From Nemertoderma westbladi (lineage: Eukaryota > Animalia > Xenacoelomorpha): a stretch of 41,873 bases of DNA. The stretch lies in contig JAUCBJ010001325.1 in assembly GCA_032718475.1 (NCBI GenBank), positions 1-41,873 on the forward strand. Reading direction: 5' to 3'. The notes under the pieces were generated by a model that saw only the letters and a program-made list of their open reading frames with translations, was not told where the DNA came from and did no database searches. A program made the position numbers and the translations under genes. Shown piece after piece: positions 1-9,842 of the stretch. Positions within the stretch are counted from its first letter, which is position 1; each line of letters opens with the position of its first letter.

Positions 1-880
1 CATTTCCCCTTTTAACATCCGGTTGCAAACATTCAATAATGGTCTATTTAGCACTCCGGTTTTCCATACCTCCGCTGGGATTTCATCTAATCCACTCGCT
101 TTATTATTGGACATGCTTTTAATGCTTCTTTGGAGTTCGGCAGGTGTGAAGTCCCCTGTCTCTATAGGTAGTGTCTTGTCATATATTTTCTTTGTAGGGC
201 TGACCTCGATGTTTGGTGGCTGCCCAAGTAAGTTGCTGAAGTGATTTTTCCACTTCCCAACACGTTCTTCAGGACTATCGGCTTTGAGGCGCCCCTTTGC
301 ACAACTTTTCCGACCAGATACCTCATTTACAGTTTGCCAGGTAAGTCTTGATTGTTGCTGTATGTGAGCAGTTGTAATTGCTTCAGTTTTATCCTGTATG
401 TACTTTTCCTGGCTGATGTTGTAGGCCAATTTAAGATCGTCCTTAGCTTTCTCAACCTTGTTAATGTTTTCGGTTGTTCGGTTTTAACTTTGTAGGCTAT
501 CTTAAGATCTTCTCTCTTACAAGTAACCTCAGAGTTTTGCCATGGCACATACTGTTTTCGTTTAGGTTTCTGGGGGATATGCCTCTTAGCTGATTCCTTG
601 TGGGCTGTTATTATATTCTGGTATATTGAATCGGTGGATTGGTCTTCATCCATTGACTGAAGTGCTTCAAAGCGGTTTTGAACTTCTACTGTATAAGCAT
701 CCTTTACAGCATTGTCAGTTCTGAGTTTCTCCTAGTCATAGTTGATTTGCTTGCTTGTCCTGGGTTTGCTGGCTCTCAAACTGAGTCTGATCTCTGCAGT
801 CACAATTCTGTCGTCCGAACCAATTAGGTTGAACGAGCTGTATGCCTCGCAGTTGATCATGCTATTTCTCCACTTTTTTT
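1..880 (-). pseudogene. Degenerate non-LTR retrotransposon (RTE/L2-like) ORF2 fragment: end of AP endonuclease, linker, start of RT; runs off the left edge
   Basis: Minus-strand translation gives ...NSMINCEAYSSFNLIGSDDRIVTAEIRLSLR (SDH-like end of the APE domain), VEVQNRFEALQS, ORF 327-653 with VPWQNSE, and KASGLDEIPAEVWK (KAPGxDGIP-like RT entry); contains stops and frameshifts. Confidence 0.8.
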
Positions 881-892
881 CCACATTTCTCC

Positions 893-3240
893 ACTACAAC
901 TAGGTACTCAAATTAGTAACTACAACTAGGTACTCAAATTAGTAACTACAACTAGGTAATCAAATTCGTAACTACAACTAGGTAGTCAAATTAGTAACTA
1001 CAACTAGGAATTCAAATTAGTAACTACAACTAGGAACTCAAATTAGTAACTAGAACTAGGTACTCAAATTAGTAACTACAACTAGGTAGTAAAATTAGTA
1101 ACTACAACTAGGAATTCAAATTAGTAACTACAACTAGGAACTCAAATTAGTAACTACAACTAGGTACTCAAATTAGTAACTACAACTAGGTACTCAAATT
1201 AGTAACTACAACTAGGTAGTCAAATTAGTAACTACAACTAGGAATTCAAATTAGTAACTACAACTAGGAACTCAAATTAGTAACTACAACTAGGTTCTCA
1301 TATTAGTAACTAGGTACTCAAATTAGTAACTAGGTACTCAAATTAGTAACTACAACTAGGTACTCAAATTAGCAACTTGTTAACAACTAGGTAGTCAAAT
1401 TAGTAACTACAACTAGGAACTCAAATTAGAAACTACAACTAGGTACTCAAATTAGTAACTACAACTAGGTAGTCAAATTAGTAACTACAACTAGGAATTC
1501 AAATTAGTAACTACAACTAGGAACTCAAATTAGTAACTACAACTAGGTTCTCACATTAGTAACTAGGTACTCAAATTAGTAACTAGGTACTCAAATTAGT
1601 AACTACAACTAGGTACTCAAATTAGCAACTTGTTAACAACTAGGTAGTCAAATTAGTAACTACAACTAGGTACTCAAATTAGTAACTACAACTAGGTACT
1701 CAAATTAGCAACTTGTTAACAACTAGGTAGTCAAATTAGTAACTACAACTAGGAACTCAAATTAGTAACTACAACTAGGAACTCAAATTAGTAACTACAA
1801 CTAGGTAGTCAAATTAGTAACTACAACTAGGAATTCAAATTAGTAACTACAACTAGGAACTCAAATTAGTAACTACAACTAGGTACTCAAATTAGTAACT
1901 ACAACTAGGTACTCAAATTAGTAACTTGTTAACACTAGGTAGTCAAATTAGTAACTACAACTAGGTACTCAATTTAGTAACTACAACTAAGTACTCAAAT
2001 TAGTAACTAGGTACTCAAATTAGTAACTAGGTACTTAAATTAGTAACTACAACTAGGTACTCAAATTAGTAACTACAACTAGGTACTCAAATTCGTAACT
2101 ACAATTAGGTAGTCAAATTAGTAACTACAACTAGGAACTCAAATTAGTAACTACAACTATGAACTCAAATTAGTAACTACAACTAGGTACTCAAATTAGT
2201 AACCGCATACTCATATTAGTAACTAGGTACTCCAATTAGTAACTAGGTAGTCAAATTAGTAACTAAGTAGTCAAATTAGTAACTAGGTACGCAAATTAGT
2301 AACTAGGTACTCAAATTAGTAACTACAACTAGGTACTCAAATTAGTAACTACAACTAGGAACTCAAATTAGTAACTAGGTACTCAAATTAGTAAGTACAA
2401 ATGGGTACCGGTACTCAAATTAGTAACTACAACTAGGTACTCAATTTAGTAACTATAACTAGGTACTCAAATTAGTAACTAGGTACTCAAATTAGTAACT
2501 ACAACTAGGTACTCAAATTAGTAACTACAACTAGGTACTCAAATTCGTAACTAAAACTAGGTAGTCAAATTAGTAACTAAACTAGGTACTCAAATTTGCA
2601 ACTACAACTAGGTTCTCACATTAGTAACTAGGTACTCAAATTAGTAACTAGGTACTCAAATTAGTAACTAGTTACTCAAATTAGTAACTAGGTACTCAAA
2701 TTAGTAACTAGGTACTCAAATTAGTAACTAGGTACTCAAATTAGTAACTAGGTACTCAAATTAGTAACTAGGTACTCAAATTAGTAAGTACAACTAGGTA
2801 CTCAAAGTAGTAACTACAACTAGGTACTCAATTTAGTAGCTACAACTAGGTACTCAAATTAGTAACTAGGTACTCAAATTAGTAACTACAACTAGGTACT
2901 CAAATTAGTAACTACAACTAGGTACTCAAATTAGTAACTACAACTAGGTACTCAAATTCGTAACTACAACTAGGTAGTCAAATTAGTAACTACAACTAGG
3001 TACTCAAATTAATAACTACAACTAGGAACTCAAATTAGTAACTACAACTAGGAACTCAATTAGTAACTACAACTAGGTACTTAAATTCGTAACTAGGTAC
3101 TCAAATTAGCAAGTACAAATAGGTACCGGTACTCAAAGTAGTAACTACAACTAGGAACTCAAATTAGTAACTAGGTACTCAAATTAGTAACTAGGTACTC
3201 AAATTAGTAACTAGGTACTCAAATTAGTAAGTACAAATAG
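893..3240. repeat. Tandem satellite, 26-bp unit ACTACAACTAGGTACTCAAATTAGTA mixed with 20-bp unit ACTAGGTACTCAAATTAGTA (left arm)
   Basis: Directly visible tandem array of about 2.35 kb; continues after the LTR element at 16841. Confidence 0.97.
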
Positions 3241-4197
3241 TGTTCGCGCTTTTAGACCTTTAGCAGTTTAACCTGCCAAATTTAGGTGTCTTCTAGGTTA
3301 TAAATCGACTTTAGCCTATGACAAGTATTTGATACACATAAAACTACATTAGCCGAAGCCAGCCTATGCGCGACCATTCACCCACTGGATTTACCCGGGA
3401 GACTGGATTCGGATGCTCTGACCTTATTGCGGTGTAGGCCTACTGTATTATTCGATTGATCGTTAATATAATCTCTGACAAATATTATTCACTTTCGGGA
3501 AATATTAACAGTTCCTTTAGGACGTGGCGCTCTAAGTATGTAAACAGAGTTATGACTTACACTAAACACAACGGGATGGCTAATGATTCACGTATAAAGC
3601 GCATTCTTTAGGAGATGCTTTGTTATCTATCACACTCATGCACACTACCGCACAATGCTGCACACCGATCTGCCGACCTTCACTAATTTTAGTCACATAT
3701 AAAGAGAACAGCAACTGACACATGTAGGGCCTATGAAATAGCATTCAATTCACTCCAAAACCACTAAAATGTAAGTCGCAATTGCTATATGTAACCGGTC
3801 TCTCTAACCTTCAGTATATCAAGAAGATTGGGGCTTTCTGATTATTTATCGATATTCTCCAAATATAACAATATTCCATCAATTGATACAATTAATAACC
3901 GACAGTAGATAGCAGTAAAATAATGCGGTGCAAGGTATGTATAATTTAAGATGCTGAGTTAATGCGTGACTTGATATGATAACAGTTATACGTTTCTATG
4001 ATCAAAGCCGATCTAATGTTTGGCTAAAGTCTGAAACACAGAATAATTCCAAAGCTAAAGTACACATACAGAAGAAATGGCTTTTTATGTCCACTAAAAC
4101 ACCGGTACAGTAAGGAAACGGCTTTTTATGTCCGCTAAAACACCTACCGAGTACTTTGCGGGGAAAATGACTAGCTAATTCCGCAAAAGCCTTTACA
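3241..4197 (-). repeat. 3' LTR of copy 1 (957 bp; 228-bp U3 deletion)
   Basis: TGTTCGCGC...CCTTTACA on the + strand; matches 15656-16840 except about 12 substitutions and loss of 16471-16698. Confidence 0.95.
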
Positions 4198-4207
4198 CCG
4201 CTCCCAG
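4198..4207 (-). other. Polypurine tract (short, CTGGGAGCGG) adjacent to the 3' LTR
   Basis: Purine-rich run immediately 5' of the LTR TG on the minus strand; copy 2 has CTGGGAGTGG at 27413-27422. Confidence 0.6.
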
Positions 4208-4275
4208 AAAATGGGATTTAATTCTATAAAATATAAAAAATCACAGTTTCTAAAACATAAAAATACTCTAAACAG

Positions 4276-5824
4276 TTAGTCTTTCTTGCGCAGACGGCGT
4301 TTACGCAGTTTTTTGAGGCTAGCAAGAGTCCTTTTCTCTTTGGGGCGAGCCACTTTACTAGGAGGGCTATAACTCCTGGGTGAAGGGTGCAATACAATTG
4401 CATCGGAAGGTTTAGAATTACGGTCGATGTATCTGCCGGTCGAGGTACCTGGTTGATCTATATCAACCTCAGTGGAACGAGGTCGAACAACCTTGAGAGC
4501 GCATTTTAAGACAGCAGCTCTTATTGGTCCCTGACGATTCGTCTGCACAAGAGCGGTAGGTGGACCGTGTGTAGTGAGAAATTTCCTCGGTTTGATGATT
4601 CTTTTCAACTCGCGTTCTCGGGCTCTATCGGAATCGATATGCTTCTCCTCGAGCTGATTTTCCTCCACTTGTTGTTGGAAGCATTCGTCTAAAACTCTTT
4701 TAGAGTAGAGTCATCCAAGTTCGATATCTTCTTGGAGATTCTGGATTTCCTGATCGAACTGAGATAAAACTAATTCGTTTACCGCTTGGACTTGCTGCTG
4801 CAATTTACGTTTCTCTAAACAATTGTAGGTTCCTTTTCCGATCTTTTAACAAATAGTTTCCAACGTGTTTTGTACAACTCTCTCTTCCACCTCGGTGACA
4901 GGTTATATTGGGTTAAACCGGGACGATGATACGGTTGAATGGCGTTATTAGATGTCCGCGTCCCAATCCGGCTAGGTAAGATGGGTGAATATCTAGGGAG
5001 CCCACAACCGGAGTGCCACCGACTAACTGTTCGGGTAACACTAGATCTTTGAACAGTGAGTACAGTTCGGGAGGATCCGTTATACTATTAGGATCAAGAG
5101 TCTGAGGTCTAACTAGGAATGAGGAGGTCTGACCGAGTATTCCGGAACTCTGATCATAGGTTTATTTAAGGATCATTTGAGTCGAGCGAGCGTAGGTGAT
5201 ACATCGAACAAGTTTCGCTCGAAACTCCCGTAAATATAGCGAGTAAAACTGTGTTTAGCTCAACGTCTCCGCGGATGTTTATGTCTTTCCGTTTGTTGGT
5301 TGGGTCTTGGGCATTCATCGTAATAATACCAAAGACGCACGTCTTGTAGGGGAAACACGGGTGATATTTATTCGGTTTTACAATGTTTCTCTCAAGAATT
5401 CCAAATATACGTTGGAGTTACTGCGTTTATCCGGTTCTTTAACGTCTTCTCTTTCGAGTCGATTTCGAATAGAATTTTCGCATTCGATTTTCAGTTTATC
5501 GTTCCGACTCCGCTGGGTAGGATATTTAAATAGTACCATTTCCCTTTCGGTGTCGACATAGTCCGTATCGTGTAAATCGATAGGATGGCCAGTAGTTAAG
5601 AAGTCCATATACGTACCATTACGATGCGTATAGCAAGCAGTGAATTTTCGATAGTCCAATTCACGAGTGAGTTGCTCCTGGGACATTGGCGGTTCGACAT
5701 AACGAACATCGTCCTCTGTAGCAGTTGGACTAGCGTCGCCGCGTATTAAGCTATCAACAAACGCTTGCAACGGTAGAGTATATTGCTCCCTGATACCAAG
5801 ATCATCTTCTATCAACTCAGTCAT
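4276..5824 (-). pseudogene. Extra post-pol ORF (ORF3) of copy 1, disrupted; pieces 5378-5824 and 4276-4668
   Basis: Homologous to 27491-29044; the 148-aa N-terminal part and the basic C-terminal part are open, while the middle has stops. Confidence 0.65.
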
Positions 5825-6648
5825 AGCTGCTATATGAGTTTATCAATATTATAATGAGTTTATAATTAGGCTAGCAGGCGTCGCTGCCTACCCCTCACGG
5901 CCCCCGGACAGCGCAAGATCCTCAGCACTGATGCACTTTCGCCGATGTGCCTATCGCCAACATAGTAGCTGCACAACGACCACAACAACCAGCGCGAGTC
6001 ACTCCACTGTCCGTCCCAAGGGCTAAGATTTACTTCAGGTTATTACTTCAGAGTTAGGGCTACTTTCACAATTGCGACTCGCTACTGTAAACACACTTTA
6101 GTAGTAACATTCACCTATAAACGCACAAATTCCACACAACTGTCACAAACCGCACACATTCGGGCCATTTGTACGTTAGTCAAGTACCTTTCAGAATGCC
6201 ACATTATTATTGGGTATCCTTGGATACTAGCAGTGTGCTATTTATTCTTTATGCTATTCAATGGGGCAAGCCTTTATTGTTCTTTTAACTCACTTCTAAT
6301 TCTAGCATGGTTGTTGCCATGGTGACATTATGGAAAGCTAGCAGTAGAATTAGGGTAATTCTCATGCATACAGATCTGGGATGCTATTTAATAGTAATTC
6401 TTTAATTGTCAATATTCCTCTTTATACATGATTTTATGAATTTTATCGGCTATTGACTATATATTAGAGATTCTCGCACACTAATATACTTAATAGGGTG
6501 AATCTCCGCTCCCATGATCTATTAATTAATGGAATTTTGGGAATGTTATAAATTGTATAAAAATGACAATTTATCAAATTCATTAAAAGAAATGAATGTA
6601 AATTTATTCCCGTAAATTTTATTATTTAATATTAAAATAGACACAATT

Positions 6649-7000
6649 TTATTCCAGAACATATCTGGGGACTGGGATCCTTGATTCTAGGAAATTTGTC
6701 CTTTTAAGAGTATTGGTAAGTGCTACGATATCTTAATTGACTAGAATTTTAAAGGATCTAAATTTTGACAGATTTTAATTTATAGATTTTCTAGAGTTAA
6801 CTTGTAAGTAGTTACTCTATTGTATTTGTTTGACAGATTTTATAAATATTAATAGTTAATATTTAAGATGGGCACCGGTTTATTCCAGAACATGTCTGGG
6901 GACGTTAACCACTGATTCTAGAATTTTGTCTTTTAAGTATATCGGTGGGTGCCGCAATATCTTAATCGACTAGAATTACAGATGGTCAAAGGGTTTAACA
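6649..7000. repeat. Imperfect direct duplication (about 230-bp period) in the post-pol non-coding region
   Basis: TTTATTCCAGAACAT(A/G)TCTGGGGAC...GATTCTAG...ATATCTTAAT(T/C)GACTAGAATT at about 6649 and 6879; same pair in copy 2 at about 31536 and 31767. Confidence 0.8.
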
Positions 7001-7618
7001 GATTTATTTTGCATTTTACGCTACTGTTAAAGGGACATCACAGCTACTATATGTATTATTTAATATACGGTATGAGAGCAATATCGCAAGAAGCAATGTC
7101 AGTGAGAAGAGGCAAGTCGTTTCCAAGGTCTACCCAGAGCTTGGTTTAGCCGAGACACGAGGATCTGAATTTTGCATTCCTAATACTCTACTTACCAATA
7201 ATACTTGAATATAGTAGGAGCTTTATTGTACTTTAATAAGTACGGACATTTCATCTTACTGTAGTCACGTATTTATAATGTACTACGGACAGTAAGGAAA
7301 GAGAAAAAAGAATTATTTCTCGCCGTCGCACTAAATATATAATATATAAGTAATTAAGTAATAAGACTAATATATATTGCACTAATCTACTAAATAATCG
7401 CTAAAATAACATTCTACTAAATAAAATTAAAGAAAACGATTATAATAAAATTACATAATAATACATACATAAATATAAAATAATAAAAACAAATATTAAA
7501 TAATATAGTCACACACCCACTCCAGACGCTGTTACGTTGGGGAGTCCCTAGATGTTTGTTGGATTAGGGAGGTGGTCGTGGGAAGAGTATCTTGCCTTCC
7601 ATAGTTTCCGGACAGTTC

Positions 7619-9754
7619 TCAGTCTCTTTCCAGTAAACATAAACGACCAACTGGGCGATTGAGTTGTTGTGTTTCGAATACAATTCCAGGTTTCCTCTTT
7701 GTCCTGGAATAGTGACGATAGAAACATCGCTTCAAATACACGACGGCCTTACAAAGCCGATTCCAGGATCTATAGTGGTCCATCGCTCCCGGCAGGAGAG
7801 GTGAGAGTCCCGGCGAGACGTCTGATGTTCCAGATCTCCAGTCTCTCTCTCTGATCTCCACAACAGATCGGTTCGTGGTAGGGGAGTTTAGATCCACAGC
7901 GTCATCCCTGGCAATGTGTAGTACAGACAGATCTATCACGGGTTTAAATAACCTTGATTTACTCGTCCGGGTTTTAGGTTTGACTTTCTCCGCTCCCTTG
8001 GCTTGTCTAATCTCAGCCGTGGTAAGATGGGGAGGCCATTCATCTTCTTTACTTAGGAATTCGGGTCCACCTAACCAGTCTGGAGTATCTGTCAGTTCTT
8101 GAGGAGTTGCTCCTCTGGAAGCGATGTAGGCTAGATTAATCGTCTCGGGGCAATGTCTCCATTGATCTACATTAGAGTTAATATCGTCATTATCTGAGGA
8201 GTATGGTGTTCCCTCAGTTGTGGTCGTCTCTCCCTCACTGATGTCTTCTTCCCATTCACTCTCCTGATGGACCTGATCTTTGGGTAGCCTTTCTAGGAGT
8301 GTCCTACGGGAAGGTCCAGTGAGGTACCAACCTACTCTTGTTCTTCCCGCATAGGTTTGCAATGGTTGCGGTCGAGTAGGCCGTTTCTCTAATGTCTCAA
8401 GCGCCTCATGCGCATTTTGGCCGATGAGTATTTGCACTCCAGGGTAGTCTGTGTTGAATCTAGGTATCTTATGCTGCTGGGTGAAATAGTCCTCATCCCA
8501 GTTATAAGGTTCCACTTGGCTGGTAGCGAAGTTCTTTATCGCCACCATTTTTACTGACCTTATACTGTGTTCTCCTAGTTCATCCTGGGGGGTGGACAAC
8601 GCGCCTACATAGTAGTCTGTAGCTACTGTAGATTTCCAAACCTGCATAATTTCTGCAAGGTTCAACTTAGTTCGGAACTTGGGTTGTCCAGCAAAGATGT
8701 CTTCGGCTAGTTCTTTGTCGATGAATGTTCCTGTGCTGCCGGAGTCAAGGAGGGCGTTCACTATATAGCTCTTTTCGGGCCCGTGGACTCTCAACTGCAC
8801 TACGTGAAATTCTCGGATTCCTACGTTGGAAGTTGGCGCTTTCCAAGATGGTTGTCGGTCAGGAGTAGTTAGGGGGAGCTCACTATCGGTTTCTGTCTCA
8901 TACGTAAGTGCTCGATACACTGCGGTGTTTATTAAGTAACAGGATTCGTTTTCGTCGGAGAATTCATCCGTATAGAATCCTTCCATCTCAGAACTTTGGT
9001 CAGTGTCGTTCACATCACTGAATTGGACATGTAGTTCGGACTCACTTACCTGACTCCGGCTGTTTCTTTCGAATTCAGTGTGCAACAAGATATGATGTTT
9101 CGCGCTGCACTTAGCACACCTTGCGTCGGAGTAACAGGTTCGCCGTTGGTGTCCTCGTCTGAGGCAATTATAACATAACCGCTTATCCCACATGACTTCA
9201 CATCTATCTTTTAGTGACTTCCTTAGGAATTCATCACACACACTCAAACGGTGGGGCCCGTCGCACAGCACACATTTTGGTTTGATGTTACTTACCTTAC
9301 CTTGGGTAACGTTGTGCACACTCGTTCTTTCCTCGGGCTTTCTTCCATGAATTCTCTTAGGAGACGTAGGAGGAGTTTTTCTTACCTGTTCTCTCCTGTC
9401 ACTGGTTCGAGACTTGAATTTACTTACGTCTTTAGGCGCTTTGTTGACATAGTAAGATCTTTCAGTGTCTTTCCCGCTGTCCTCCTCTTGAGAGGCCTGG
9501 CTTTCGCCATCGTCGGTATAACACACTGGTGTTACCTTTCTCCTAGAAACGGGTTTCTCTCTTACCTTATTTTCCGGTGTCTTCTCTCTGGACTGCTTTA
9601 GGAGCTGTAATTTTACCTCTCCATCTAAGAATGACATGAGATCAGCCATGGTAGGGTCTCGTCGTTGTTGTTCCATGATATATAACACTTTCTTGTCCCA
9701 GCGTGTACCTACTCCACCCTTTGGTAAAGTAGAGGCCACGGCTCCAATAACCAT
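7619..9754 (-). CDS. Gag C-terminus (3 zinc knuckles) + aspartic protease fused in frame to RNase H tail/linker and integrase C-terminal remnant
   Basis: CVLCDGPHRLSVC, CYNCLRRGHQRRTC, CAKCSAKHHILLH; ALLDSGS; then DQWRHCPETINLAYIASRG (WxHxxGxxNPADxxSRG-like) and LNRPVGRLCLLE (BEL IN C-terminal motif). Confidence 0.88.
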   Translation of the reverse strand: MVIGAVASTLPKGGVGTRWDKKVLYIMEQQRRDPTMADLMSFLDGEVKLQLLKQSREKTPENKVREKPVSRRKVTPVCYTDDGESQASQEEDSGKDTERSYYVNKAPKDVSKFKSRTSDRREQVRKTPPTSPKRIHGRKPEERTSVHNVTQGKVSNIKPKCVLCDGPHRLSVCDEFLRKSLKDRCEVMWDKRLCYNCLRRGHQRRTCYSDARCAKCSAKHHILLHTEFERNSRSQVSESELHVQFSDVNDTDQSSEMEGFYTDEFSDENESCYLINTAVYRALTYETETDSELPLTTPDRQPSWKAPTSNVGIREFHVVQLRVHGPEKSYIVNALLDSGSTGTFIDKELAEDIFAGQPKFRTKLNLAEIMQVWKSTVATDYYVGALSTPQDELGEHSIRSVKMVAIKNFATSQVEPYNWDEDYFTQQHKIPRFNTDYPGVQILIGQNAHEALETLEKRPTRPQPLQTYAGRTRVGWYLTGPSRRTLLERLPKDQVHQESEWEEDISEGETTTTEGTPYSSDNDDINSNVDQWRHCPETINLAYIASRGATPQELTDTPDWLGGPEFLSKEDEWPPHLTTAEIRQAKGAEKVKPKTRTSKSRLFKPVIDLSVLHIARDDAVDLNSPTTNRSVVEIRERDWRSGTSDVSPGLSPLLPGAMDHYRSWNRLCKAVVYLKRCFYRHYSRTKRKPGIVFETQQLNRPVGRLCLLERD

Positions 9755-9842
9755 AGAACTCTGATATTCATGAGACTTACCTAGCCAATCTAATTGTCTA
9801 CAGATCTCCTGAATCTCATCGGAAAACTCTATAATCCCGCTG

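Noticed and set aside
893-3240. CRISPR-like array or telomeric repeat
   Set aside because: Units are contiguous with no unique spacers, there are no cas genes, the context is eukaryotic TE sequence, and there is no G-rich telomere-type motif
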